DNA from: Candidatus Parcubacteria bacterium
GTDB taxonomy: Bacteria > Patescibacteriota > Minisyncoccia > Phycocordibacterales > Zambryskibacteraceae
DNA length: 64,000 bases
Assembly (NCBI GenBank): GCA_019661865.1
Contig: JAIFWJ010000003.1
Location: 15,441 to 79,440, forward strand
Direction: 5' to 3'
Below, one piece after another: positions 9,557-18,656 of the stretch; positions within the stretch are counted from its first letter, which is position 1, and each line of letters opens with the position of its first letter. The position numbers were made by a program, and so were the translations under genes. A model generated the notes under the pieces. That model was not told the origin of the DNA and made no database searches. It worked only from the letters and a program-made list of their open reading frames with translations.

Positions 9557-10405
9557 ATGAAAAAATTAATCGAAGTTATAAATGATGCACGAGAGAGAGG
9601 AGTGGCAGTAGGACACTTTAATGTATCAGATTCAGAAGGATACAACGCGGTTACGGCTGCGGCAAAGGAGCTTGGGGTGCCGGTTATTGTGGGGGTCTCA
9701 GAGAAGGAGAGGACATTTCTCGGAGTGGCAGAGATCAGAGCTCTTGTGACTGTGGCTCAAGAGAGAGGGGATGCAGTTTATCTCAATGCAGATCATACAT
9801 ACTCTGTAGAGGCCTCTAAGGAAGCAGTAGATAATAAATATGATGCAGTAATCATAGATGGGGCCGAGAAGCCCTTTGTGGAGAATGTGATGATGACGAA
9901 GCAGGTGGTCGAATATGCACGAGAGCACCATCCGGGCATGCTTGTGGAGGGTGAACTTGGGTTTATCGGTACTGGTTCTACTATACGCGACGAGATCCCA
10001 GAAGGAGTATCAGAAGAGACTCAGACTAAGCCAGAGGATGCTGTCAGGTTTATAGAAGAAACTGGAGTAGATCTCTTCGCTCCATCCGTAGGTAACATAC
10101 ATGGTCTTATAAAGAGTGGAGAACCGAAATTAAATATTGAAAGAGTTAAAGCAATTGCAGATGCTGTCTCAGTGCCACTAGTTCTTCACGGTGCGTCAGG
10201 GAATACCGACAAGGAAGTAGGAGAGGCCATTGATGCTGGCATTGCTGTGGTCCACATAAACACAGAACTCCGAGCTGCTTATAAAGCAGGTATAGAGAAG
10301 GGAATGTCTAGTGACGAGCTTGCACCATATAAGTTTCTCGCAGAAGGAGTAAAAGAGATGAAAGAACTCGTACTGAAAAAACTCAAGGTCTTTAATAAGA
10401 TGTAA
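9557..10405 (+). CDS. fba: Class II fructose-bisphosphate aldolase
   Basis: ADH, VEGELG, VGNIHG, LVLHGASG, INTE motifs. Confidence 0.93.
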   Translation: MKKLIEVINDARERGVAVGHFNVSDSEGYNAVTAAAKELGVPVIVGVSEKERTFLGVAEIRALVTVAQERGDAVYLNADHTYSVEASKEAVDNKYDAVIIDGAEKPFVENVMMTKQVVEYAREHHPGMLVEGELGFIGTGSTIRDEIPEGVSEETQTKPEDAVRFIEETGVDLFAPSVGNIHGLIKSGEPKLNIERVKAIADAVSVPLVLHGASGNTDKEVGEAIDAGIAVVHINTELRAAYKAGIEKGMSSDELAPYKFLAEGVKEMKELVLKKLKVFNKM

Positions 10406-12054
10406 TGAATTTAAAGGAAGAAGTAAAACCTTTTTTTAAAGGAGAAGTACTGGACGATGAGGAGACGCTCAAGAGGTACTCTCACGATGCGTCGCTCTTC
10501 GAGGTGAGGCCCAAGCTCGTAGTTTATCCAGAGAACTCAGAAGATTTAAAGAGTCTTGTGAAGTGGGTGAGTGAGAATAAGGATAAAGATAACTCCCTCT
10601 CTGTTACTATCCGTGCAGCCGGATCCTGTATGTCTGGTGGTTCTCTCAATGAGTCCATCATCGCCGATGTCATGCCGCACATGAATCACTTCGGAGATGT
10701 AGGAGAGGTTACAGAAGTCGAGCCGGGAGTTTTCTATAGAGACTTCGAACCCAAGACTCTGGAGAAAAATCTTATACTCCCCTGCTACACAGCTTCTAAA
10801 AATTTAAATGCACTTGGTGGCATGATCGGTAACAACTCCGCTGGAGAGAAGACTCTCAAGTGGGGCAAGATGGAAAACTTCGTCCTAGAGTCTAATGTAG
10901 TCTTTAGTGATGGAAATGAATATACAGTAAAGCCTCTCAACAGAGCTGAGCTCGAGGATAAGATAAATCAAAATAATTTCGAAGGTAATGTATATAGGAG
11001 CCTATTTACTCTTATACAAGACAACAAGGATCTATTGGAAAAAGCCAAGCCTCATGTATCAAAGAATTCTGCGGGATATACTCTCTGGAATGTTTGGAAT
11101 GGAGAAAAGTTCGATCTCAATAAACTTCTCGTAGGTTCTCAAGGCACTTTAGGATTAATAACGAAAGCTAAGGTGAAGTTAGTTCCAGTAGAGCCAGTAT
11201 CAAAGCTCTTTGTAATCTTCATGCCGAGCCTTACTCAATTGGCTGATCTTATAAATGAGGTTTTGCCCACAAATCCAGAAAGCGTCGAGACTTATGATGA
11301 TGCCACGCTTAAACTTGCCTTCAAGTTTTTCCCCGAGATGATGAGGACAATGAAGACAAAGAATTTTTTACATCTCTTACTCTCATTCATCCCCGAAAGC
11401 TTCATGATGGTGCGAGAGAGAGGTCTTCCTAAGCTCGTAGTACTTGTGGAATATACCGGCAAGTCATTACAAGATGTAGATCAGAAGATGAAAAACTTAG
11501 AAGAGAAAATTAAGCATTTCGGACTGGTGATGCGAGCTACAGAAACTCAAGAAGAAGCAGATAAATACTGGACTATAAGACGTGAGAGCTTTAACTTACT
11601 CCGTAAACACATTCATGGATCACGCACAGCACCGTTTGTGGACGACGTAGTAGTAGAGCCTAAGTATATGCCAGAGTTTCTTCCTAAGATGCGGGAGATC
11701 TTGGACAAATACAAACTGGTCTACACCATAGCCGGCCATGCAGGTAATGGTAACTTCCATGTGATCCCACTTATGGATATGCATCATAAAGAGAATATTG
11801 ATGTTATAAAGAAAGTCGGTGAAGAAATTTATGATCTAGTAGGGCAGTATCATGGATCTATAACGGGTGAGCACAATGACGGCATAGTCCGGACTCCGTA
11901 TCTTGGCAAAATGTATTCCCAAGAAGTCTTGGAACTTTTCAAAAGAACTAAAGACATTTTCGATCCGAAAAACATATTTAATCCAGGTAAGAAAGTTAAC
12001 GGATCTATAGACTACATGTGCTCACATATAGCTATTGAAACAGAGGTAAAATAA
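10405..12054 (+). CDS. FAD-binding oxidoreductase (GlcD / D-lactate dehydrogenase family)
   Basis: GGMIGNNSAG, GSQGTLG, GHAGNGNFH, ITGEHNDG, DP.NIFNPGK. Confidence 0.9.
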   Translation: MNLKEEVKPFFKGEVLDDEETLKRYSHDASLFEVRPKLVVYPENSEDLKSLVKWVSENKDKDNSLSVTIRAAGSCMSGGSLNESIIADVMPHMNHFGDVGEVTEVEPGVFYRDFEPKTLEKNLILPCYTASKNLNALGGMIGNNSAGEKTLKWGKMENFVLESNVVFSDGNEYTVKPLNRAELEDKINQNNFEGNVYRSLFTLIQDNKDLLEKAKPHVSKNSAGYTLWNVWNGEKFDLNKLLVGSQGTLGLITKAKVKLVPVEPVSKLFVIFMPSLTQLADLINEVLPTNPESVETYDDATLKLAFKFFPEMMRTMKTKNFLHLLLSFIPESFMMVRERGLPKLVVLVEYTGKSLQDVDQKMKNLEEKIKHFGLVMRATETQEEADKYWTIRRESFNLLRKHIHGSRTAPFVDDVVVEPKYMPEFLPKMREILDKYKLVYTIAGHAGNGNFHVIPLMDMHHKENIDVIKKVGEEIYDLVGQYHGSITGEHNDGIVRTPYLGKMYSQEVLELFKRTKDIFDPKNIFNPGKKVNGSIDYMCSHIAIETEVK

Positions 12055-12076
12055 GCTAAATAAAATGCCGCTATAG

Positions 12077-12259
12077 TTAAGCGGCATGCTCGAGTCGTTT
12101 GAGCATGGTCAGACGGTATTTAATGTCGTCGATAATGCTTTGAAACTTCCTGCGGACAGGAGCGCCTCGTTTGTTGTTTTTAAGGCGCTCCTCATAATCC
12201 TTAAGTTCGGCTTCAAGTTGTTCTCTTACGGTTGGGGCTCTGTCCGGGTCCTTTTTCAT
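12077..12259 (-). CDS. Small helical orphan protein, stand-alone unit
   Basis: GGAGG SD, upstream TTGACG, terminator ATGCCGC/GCGGCAT at 12065-12087 with the stop in its loop. Confidence 0.6.
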   Translation of the reverse strand: MKKDPDRAPTVREQLEAELKDYEERLKNNKRGAPVRRKFQSIIDDIKYRLTMLKRLEHAA

Positions 12260-12398
12260 ACGCCCTCCGAAGATATGGTCTTTCCATATATTTCCATAAT
12301 CTCACCTCACGTCAATATGTGGATAGCCAGATATAGGGCTTAAACACGGTTATGGGTCGGAACCTTGATTTCGGCGCTTTTTTCAGTAAAATGGCAAC

Positions 12399-13049
12399 AT
12401 GCTTACCTTAAAGGCAGAACTGCGAGACAGGACACAAAAACCAGAAGGATTAAGAAAAGCGGGAAAGATCCCCGCCGTCTTTTACGGTAAGAAGACCCAA
12501 GCCACCTCTATATCTATCTCAGAAACAGAGTTCGAGAAGGTCTGGAAGAAGGCTGGTGAGTCTACAGTGGTAGAAATTAAGACCCCAGAGAGCTCTTTAG
12601 AGAGTCTTATCCACGAGGTAGACTTCGACCCCATCTCGGGTAAGCCGAGACACGCGGACTTCTATGTCTTCGAGAAGGGTCACAAGGTGTCTGTCGAAGT
12701 TCCAATCGAATTCGAAGGTGTCTCCTCTGCGGTTAAGGATCTGGGAGGCACTCTCGTGAAGGTCATGCATGCCCTTAAGGTCGAGGCCATGCCAAAGGAT
12801 CTTCCTTATAACATAGTCATTGATATTTCCCCACTGGTCAGTTTTGAAAGTCAGATTCTTGCTAAGGATATTAAAATTCCAGAAGGCGTCACTCTTCTTG
12901 AAAAGCCTGAGGAAGTAGTAGCTCTAGTCTCTGCTCCTCGTGAGGAGAAGGAAGAAGAGTCAGCACCAATAGACCTTACGGCTATTGAAGTAGAGAAGAA
13001 GGGTAAGGAAGAGACTGAAGAAGCTCCAGTAACTGAGGTAGCAGCCTAA
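12399..13049 (+). CDS. rplY: 50S ribosomal protein bL25 (Ctc form)
   Basis: LRKAGKIPAVFYG and HADFY, beta domain and acidic tail. Confidence 0.95.
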   Translation: MLTLKAELRDRTQKPEGLRKAGKIPAVFYGKKTQATSISISETEFEKVWKKAGESTVVEIKTPESSLESLIHEVDFDPISGKPRHADFYVFEKGHKVSVEVPIEFEGVSSAVKDLGGTLVKVMHALKVEAMPKDLPYNIVIDISPLVSFESQILAKDIKIPEGVTLLEKPEEVVALVSAPREEKEEESAPIDLTAIEVEKKGKEETEEAPVTEVAA

Positions 13050-13072
13050 AGCCTAATCTCAGGCTTTTGTTT

Positions 13073-14473
13073 ATGCGTTCTATCAAATTCCACGCGTTTT
13101 TAAATATATTTCTCTCTCTTACTTTAGTAATTGGCATATTGCCTAGTCTTACTTTTGCTCAGGACGGAGGAGCTTGTTCAGAAGAAACTACCGGTAAGTC
13201 GCAGGCCCAACTCCAAGCCGACCTTGACGCATGTACTAAGGAGATACAGCAGTGGACAGATATTTTAAATAATACTAAGAGTACTAGTGCATCATACGAG
13301 CGCGACATTGCAGCTCTTACAGCAAAGATTAATGCCGCTCAAGCCTCTATTAAAGCCAAGAACATTGCCATAGCCAATCTCTCCAAGAATATTACTGCGA
13401 AGACTAAAGCTATAGATGATTTAAATACTCGTTTAGAGAAAGGCAAGGAGACTCTAAGTGCGCTCTTAAGAAAGACTGGCCAGATAGATTCATTCACTAT
13501 TGCAGAAGCAATGCTTAGTAATAAGGATCTTTCAGAATTTTTCGTTGATGTAGATACTTATTCAGTTACTGAGAGATCCCTTAATGATGTTTTCGATGAG
13601 ATCCGTGGCATAAAGGCCCAAACAGAAGAAGAGAAGGCGAACTTAGACAAACAGCGAGCTGCAGAAGCAGATGCTAAAGCTGCTATAGAAGCTGCCAAGG
13701 CTGAAGTAGAGAAGAGTAAAGCAGAGAAGAATAGCTTACTGGCAGACAGTAAAAGCAAGGAGAAGACTTATGCTTCGGTACTTGCAGAGAGACAAGCCAA
13801 AGCTGCTCAGATCCGCTCAATACTATTTAATCTCCGTGACTCTGCTGCTATACCATTTGGCACTGCTCTCCAATACGCCCAAGCTGCAAGTGCAGCCACA
13901 GGTGTAAGACCTGCTTTCTTGCTCGCCATCCTTACTCAAGAGTCTAATCTTGGAGCGAATGTGGGTACATGTTATCTTACCAACACTCTTACTGGAGACG
14001 GTATAAGTGTAAATGGTGGAACTCCTAAACCCCGTGTGATGAGTCCGACTCGTGATGTGCCAGTCTTCTTAGACATATTACAAAATGTGGGAGGAGAGGT
14101 TTCTAACACTCGTGTCTCTTGTTGGCAGCCTATATATAGCTCAAGCGGAGCACCGATAGGATGGGGAGGCGCTATGGGCCCTGCACAATTTATACCTTCT
14201 ACTTGGAAGCTCTTTACCTCTCGCATAGCCACAATGACTGGTAACTCTTATCCTAACCCTTGGAATGCTAGAGATGCCTTCTTCGCCTCTGCTATCTACC
14301 TGGGAGACTTAGGAGCAAGTTCTGGTACTGCTACAGCAGAGAAGAATGCAGCGTGCAGGTATTACTCCGGTTCTACCTGTAAAACTTCGTATGCGAACTC
14401 CTACGGCAACTCTGTCCTAGCCAAGGCTACTACCATCCAGACCACCATGATCGACCCGTTGCAAGGACTCTAA
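13073..14473 (+). CDS. Secreted coiled-coil protein with C-terminal lytic transglycosylase (SLT-like) domain
   Basis: Signal peptide, long coiled coil, QESNLG catalytic Glu, GAMGPAQFIPSTW motif. Confidence 0.85.
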   Translation: MRSIKFHAFLNIFLSLTLVIGILPSLTFAQDGGACSEETTGKSQAQLQADLDACTKEIQQWTDILNNTKSTSASYERDIAALTAKINAAQASIKAKNIAIANLSKNITAKTKAIDDLNTRLEKGKETLSALLRKTGQIDSFTIAEAMLSNKDLSEFFVDVDTYSVTERSLNDVFDEIRGIKAQTEEEKANLDKQRAAEADAKAAIEAAKAEVEKSKAEKNSLLADSKSKEKTYASVLAERQAKAAQIRSILFNLRDSAAIPFGTALQYAQAASAATGVRPAFLLAILTQESNLGANVGTCYLTNTLTGDGISVNGGTPKPRVMSPTRDVPVFLDILQNVGGEVSNTRVSCWQPIYSSSGAPIGWGGAMGPAQFIPSTWKLFTSRIATMTGNSYPNPWNARDAFFASAIYLGDLGASSGTATAEKNAACRYYSGSTCKTSYANSYGNSVLAKATTIQTTMIDPLQGL

Positions 14474-14494
14474 AAGACTGGTATATTGGCCGAG

Positions 14495-14773
14495 ATGAAA
14501 AAAGATATACATCACAAGGAGTACCGACCAGTTCTCTTTATCGATAACTCTAACGGCGTTGAATATGTCATACCTTCTGCTGTCTCTACAAAGGAGAAGG
14601 GAACTCCCAAGTCAGGTGAGTGGAAGGGCAAGGAGCTTCCTGTATACCACGTGGAAATCTCTTCAAGTTCACATCCTTTTTATACTGGCCAGGAGAAGGT
14701 TCTCGACACTGCGGGTCGTGTGGAACGCTTCAAGCAGAAGCAGGCAAAAGCTAAAAGTAAAACAAAAAAGTAA
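14495..14773 (+). CDS. rpmE: 50S ribosomal protein bL31 type B (Zn-free)
   Basis: MKKDIH..., [18 protein letters not shown]. Confidence 0.95.
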   Translation: MKKDIHHKEYRPVLFIDNSNGVEYVIPSAVSTKEKGTPKSGEWKGKELPVYHVEISSSSHPFYTGQEKVLDTAGRVERFKQKQAKAKSKTKK

Positions 14774-14781
14774 GTTTCTTT

Positions 14782-14812
14782 AACCTCGAGGTACAATATA
14801 CTCGAGGTTTTT
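14782..14812 (+). terminator. Hairpin and T tract after rpmE, with a TACAAT hexamer in the loop
   Basis: AACCTCGAG-N10-CTCGAGGTT-TTT. Confidence 0.6.
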
Positions 14813-14825
14813 CCTATGGATTCCT

Positions 14826-15800
14826 ATGGATATAGACATAAAAAAGTACAAAGATAACCCTAAAACTCTCTACCTAGCAGAGTCTTTCGAGCGTCTTATT
14901 AAAGAAGAGGAAGATCTTAAGAAGATGGCCTCAGATGAAAGTATGGCGGAACTAGCTTCAGATGATCTGAAAAATATTTCTATACAGAAAGAAGAACTTT
15001 TAAACCAGATGAGAGAGATCCTAACCGAGGAGGAGAAGGAGGATGAATTCCCTAATGAAATCATTTTAGAAGTAAGAGCTGGTGCCGGTGGAGAAGAAGC
15101 ATCCCTTTTCGCCCATGAACTGGCAGAAATGTATATTAATTATGCTGGGTTTCAAGGTTGGGGAGTGAAGAAGGTTAATGAATCTTTTTCTGCACTTGGT
15201 GGATACAAAGAAGCATCTTTCGAAATACGCGGCGTAAATGTTTATAAGAAGTTAAGATTTGAAACTGGGGTGCATAGGATCCAGAGAGTGCCCGATACAG
15301 AGAAGTCCGGGAGGGTTCATACATCCACCGCGTCTGTCGCCATCCTACCGGTGCGTAAGAAGACTACCATCGAGATCAAGCCGACCGATCTCGAGATTGA
15401 AACTTCAAGGTCAGGTGGAGCGGGTGGCCAGAATGTGAATAAGGTTGAGACTGCCGTGCGCATTATACATAAGCCGAGTGGTATAGACGTACGATCGACA
15501 GCAGAAAGAAGTCAGTTGAAGAACAGAGAGAAGGCCATGAGTATTCTCATTGCGAAACTAGAACAGAAGAAGGAGGAAGAAGAAGCTGCTAAGTACTCTG
15601 CCGACAGAAAGAACCAAATAGGTACAGCCGACCGCTCAGAAAAAATCCGTACATATAATATTCTCCAGGACCGTATAACTGACCACCGTGTGAAGGAGTC
15701 CTGGCACAACATTGGCAAAATCTTCCAAGGGTATATGGACCCAATAATTGAGACTTTAGAGAACGCTAAGGAATTTGGCTCCGGTAAGGATGAGGAATAA
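14826..15800 (+). CDS. prfA: Peptide chain release factor 1
   Basis: GGQ motif, PxT (PDT) stop-recognition tripeptide, RSEKIRTYN. Confidence 0.95.
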   Translation: MDIDIKKYKDNPKTLYLAESFERLIKEEEDLKKMASDESMAELASDDLKNISIQKEELLNQMREILTEEEKEDEFPNEIILEVRAGAGGEEASLFAHELAEMYINYAGFQGWGVKKVNESFSALGGYKEASFEIRGVNVYKKLRFETGVHRIQRVPDTEKSGRVHTSTASVAILPVRKKTTIEIKPTDLEIETSRSGGAGGQNVNKVETAVRIIHKPSGIDVRSTAERSQLKNREKAMSILIAKLEQKKEEEEAAKYSADRKNQIGTADRSEKIRTYNILQDRITDHRVKESWHNIGKIFQGYMDPIIETLENAKEFGSGKDEE

Positions 15801-15856
15801 TATTGCCAATTTGAGCCACTTTTGGTAGGATATCGAAGCACTAAATTAATGAAATA

Positions 15857-16573
15857 ATGGCAAATAAGACTACAAATACCAGTAACTCTGGATTGATTGA
15901 TGAGCTCTTCCAAGCGGGAGCTCATTTCGGCTTTGTGAAGTCGCGTCGTCACCCTTCTGCAAGGAACTTCATATTCGGATCTAAGAATAATGTCGAGATT
16001 TTCGATTTGGAGAAGACCGAAGCAGAGCTTAAGAAAGCGGTTGAGTTTATGGAAGTAAAGGGTAAGGAGGGCGCCATGGTCCTCTTCGTAGGTGGTAAGT
16101 CTGAAGCTCGTGAGGCCGTCAGGAAGGCGGGAGGTACGCTCAATATGCCATTCGTCGCTGGTCGCTGGATTGGTGGAACTCTAACTAACTTCGGTGAGAT
16201 AAAGAAGCGCATTGCTAAGCTCGAAGAACTTACAACTCAGCGCGAAAAAGGTGAACTCGGTAAGTACACTAAGAAAGAAAGACTCCTTATAGATCGTGAG
16301 ATTGGAAAGCTCGAACTCTTCTTCCGCGGACTTTCAACATTGAAGTCTCTCCCCAAGGCACTTGTGGTAGTGGATCCAAAGAAAGAACACATCGCTGTAG
16401 ATGAAGCTAAGAGACTTCATATCCCTGTGGTGGGTATAACAGGAAGTGATAATAATCTTTATGAAGTTAATTTAGCCATTCCCGCCAATGACGCTTCTCA
16501 GAAAAGTGTCTCACTCATAATCGAGAAGCTTGTTTTAGGTTACACCAAGGGAGTAGAGAGTAAGCAAGCTTAA
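15857..16573 (+). CDS. rpsB: 30S ribosomal protein uS2
   Basis: AGAHFG, RWIGGTLTN, IPAND. Confidence 0.97.
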   Translation: MANKTTNTSNSGLIDELFQAGAHFGFVKSRRHPSARNFIFGSKNNVEIFDLEKTEAELKKAVEFMEVKGKEGAMVLFVGGKSEAREAVRKAGGTLNMPFVAGRWIGGTLTNFGEIKKRIAKLEELTTQREKGELGKYTKKERLLIDREIGKLELFFRGLSTLKSLPKALVVVDPKKEHIAVDEAKRLHIPVVGITGSDNNLYEVNLAIPANDASQKSVSLIIEKLVLGYTKGVESKQA

Positions 16574-16590
16574 TCTGATATTATAAGGTA

Positions 16591-17049
16591 ATGGAAATTT
16601 CCACAGCAGAGATAAAAGCTCTTCGCGACGAAACAGGACTCTCCATTTCTGATATTCGTAATGCTTTAAGCGAGGCTAAGGGTGATAAAGGGGAAGCTCT
16701 CAAGATACTTCAGAAGCGCTCTGTCCTGGTTGCACAGAAGAAAGGTGAGAGAAACTTGGGTGCAGGAAGTGTGGCCTCCTATATACACGGAGGTGGAACT
16801 TCAGGTGTCTTAATCTATCTTGCCTGTGAGACTGACTTCGTCTCGAAGAATGAAGAGTTCAAGACTCTCGCTCGTGACATAGCCATGCACATTGCAGCTA
16901 TGAAGCCTGAGAATGCAGAGGAGCTTTTAGCGCAGCCTTTCATCAAGGATCCTTCTAAGACTATAGGAGATCTTGTGAATGGTGCGGTACAGAAGTTTGG
17001 AGAACGTACAGAAGTAGTAAGCTTCACTCGCTACTCAGTAGCGGATTAA
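16591..17049 (+). CDS. tsf: Elongation factor Ts (very short form)
   Basis: LRDETG N-terminal domain, CETDFV, IAMHIAA; follows rpsB. Confidence 0.93.
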   Translation: MEISTAEIKALRDETGLSISDIRNALSEAKGDKGEALKILQKRSVLVAQKKGERNLGAGSVASYIHGGGTSGVLIYLACETDFVSKNEEFKTLARDIAMHIAAMKPENAEELLAQPFIKDPSKTIGDLVNGAVQKFGERTEVVSFTRYSVAD

Positions 17050-17059
17050 CCTTGTCCTT

Positions 17060-17485
17060 ATGGTCTTTCAAATTTTATTTGTTATCTCAGGAGCAGTTAT
17101 AATACTCCTCATATCTGCCAAGGTATTCGAAATTAAGAAGAGAAAAAGTCTTCTCTTCTTGCGTCTTATATCACATGGAGACGAGCATTTGAGAGAGCTC
17201 TCTCATCAAGCAGCCCGCGAGTACTCTGAGTTCAAGGAAGATGCTGAATTCTTCATAAGTAAGCAGTTACCTCTCCATTCTAAGAATACTTATAATAAAC
17301 TTGTGTCTTTCCTCCAAGATAAAACACATAAGTACATGGGAGATATAAGAGGTTCGAAATATTTCCCCCAGAAGAGTGAGGGAATCTCTGAGTTCTTCCA
17401 GAGCCTTTCGGAGAAGGAATCTGGTAGGATAGATGACACTCTGGTAGATCCAGACGAGATAGACAGTGATACAGAATTAAAATAG
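17060..17485 (+). CDS. Hypothetical protein with N-terminal membrane anchor
   Basis: N-terminal TM segment; codirectional with tsf. Confidence 0.7.
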   Translation: MVFQILFVISGAVIILLISAKVFEIKKRKSLLFLRLISHGDEHLRELSHQAAREYSEFKEDAEFFISKQLPLHSKNTYNKLVSFLQDKTHKYMGDIRGSKYFPQKSEGISEFFQSLSEKESGRIDDTLVDPDEIDSDTELK

Positions 17486-17745
17486 TGCCGCACGTATATA
17501 TTCTTAAAACCGATTCTGGAAAATTGTACATTGGAAGCACTTCTAATCTTGAGAGAAGAATTACTCACCACAGTGGTGGTCATACTCCCTCAACAAAGAG
17601 ATTGGGAGATCCAAAGTTGATTTTCAAACAGGAATACTCTACTCTAATCGAGGCAAGGGCAGTTGAAAGGAAATTGAAAAAGTTGAAGAGAAGGGACTAC
17701 ATAGAAAAAATTATTAAGGAAGGTAAAATTAGAGTTCAACCATAA
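17485..17745 (+). CDS. Small GIY-YIG nuclease family protein
   Basis: VYIL...LYIGST.NLERRI..H and ARAVE..LK motifs; GTG start overlaps the upstream TAG. Confidence 0.88.
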   Translation: MPHVYILKTDSGKLYIGSTSNLERRITHHSGGHTPSTKRLGDPKLIFKQEYSTLIEARAVERKLKKLKRRDYIEKIIKEGKIRVQP

Positions 17746-17747
17746 TT

Positions 17748-17820
17748 GCCGGGATAGCTCAGTTGGTAGAGCAACGGTTTTGTAAACCGTAGGTCGGAGG
17801 TTCGAACCCTCTTCCCGGCT
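17748..17820 (+). tRNA. tRNA-Thr (anticodon UGU)
   Basis: Full cloverleaf: GCCGGGA/TCCCGGC acceptor stem, GCTC/GAGC D stem, ACGGT-TTTGTAA-ACCGT anticodon arm, TTCGAAC T loop; CCA not encoded. Confidence 0.95.
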
Positions 17821-17835
17821 CAAGTTTTCTCTCAG

Positions 17836-17877
17836 CCCCGACGCGCTTACGGTCGGGGAGCCGACCTTGCGTCGGCT
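17836..17877. repeat. Tandem CCGAC/GTCGG palindromic hairpins (REP-like)
   Basis: CCCCGAC-N9-GTCGGGG directly followed by AGCCGAC-N5-GTCGGCT. Confidence 0.8.
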
Positions 17878-17938
17878 TTGGTAGAGCAACGGTTTTGTAA
17901 ACCGTAGGTCCTCGGTTCAAGCCCGAGAGGTGGCTCCA
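17860..17938 (+). pseudogene. Second, 5'-degenerate tRNA-Thr(UGU)
   Basis: 17878-17910 is identical to 17763-17795; own T arm CTCGG-TTCAAGC-CCGAG, 3' acceptor strand AGGTGGC-T-CCA; 5' acceptor and D strands degenerate. Confidence 0.75.
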
Positions 17939-17942
17939 AGAA

Positions 17943-18644
17943 TTAGTGCCTTGTAGAAGTCGAAGTAGGAGTAGAAGAAGCCGCTTTAGCCTTGTCGTCG
18001 AGGGCCTTAATGCGAGCTAGGGCAGGAACATTGGCTAGTAGCTCATCTACAGTCTTCTCTCCATAATACGGATCACCGTTTATAATAAGGGCTGGGAGCT
18101 TGTTATCTACTTTATATATTTTCTCCAGGGTCTTTATAGCCGGTACATCGTAGTTGTAGTCGAAAGAGTAGACCCGAAGAGACGGGTAACGAGTACGAAG
18201 TTCAGTAAGAACTGCGCCCATGTTTTCACACTCTGGGCAATCTTCACTGGCATAGAAGTAGAGAATGAATGTCGGTTTGTCACCGCACTTCTCTGTCACT
18301 CTCTTCATAAGAAGATAATCCTTAATCTCGAGCAGGAAGTAAGAGCGCTTGAGAGATTCTAGATCTGTGTCTGAGAAGTTCTGATTCTCCGCGTAAGAAA
18401 GTTTCTCTCCCAAGGGCCCTAACTCGCTTGAGAGAAAGCCTGAAGGACTAACGTTTTTACATGTGGTTTCTTCAAGCAAGGAGAATTGAGTTTCTGAAGA
18501 AAGGATGTCTAGGCTTACCCTATTTTCTACATCTTTAACCTCTTGAAGCTTCTTTTTACTTAAGTAATTACTGACGGTTAAGGCTGTGCCGAAGATAAGC
18601 ACAGTGATAACGAAAGCGGCTATGTATTTGCGAGAATCGGGCAT
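17943..18644 (-). CDS. Membrane-anchored thioredoxin-fold protein
   Basis: N-terminal TM, coiled segment, YFY...CPEC motif, LPAL cis-Pro region. Confidence 0.75.
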   Translation of the reverse strand: MPDSRKYIAAFVITVLIFGTALTVSNYLSKKKLQEVKDVENRVSLDILSSETQFSLLEETTCKNVSPSGFLSSELGPLGEKLSYAENQNFSDTDLESLKRSYFLLEIKDYLLMKRVTEKCGDKPTFILYFYASEDCPECENMGAVLTELRTRYPSLRVYSFDYNYDVPAIKTLEKIYKVDNKLPALIINGDPYYGEKTVDELLANVPALARIKALDDKAKAASSTPTSTSTRH

Positions 18645-18656
18645 TAGATATCGGAA

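Noticed and set aside
17763-17910. 33-bp tRNA repeat as attL/attR of a prophage or island
   Set aside because: The copies are only about 115 bp apart, their 3' ends differ, and no integrase is present.
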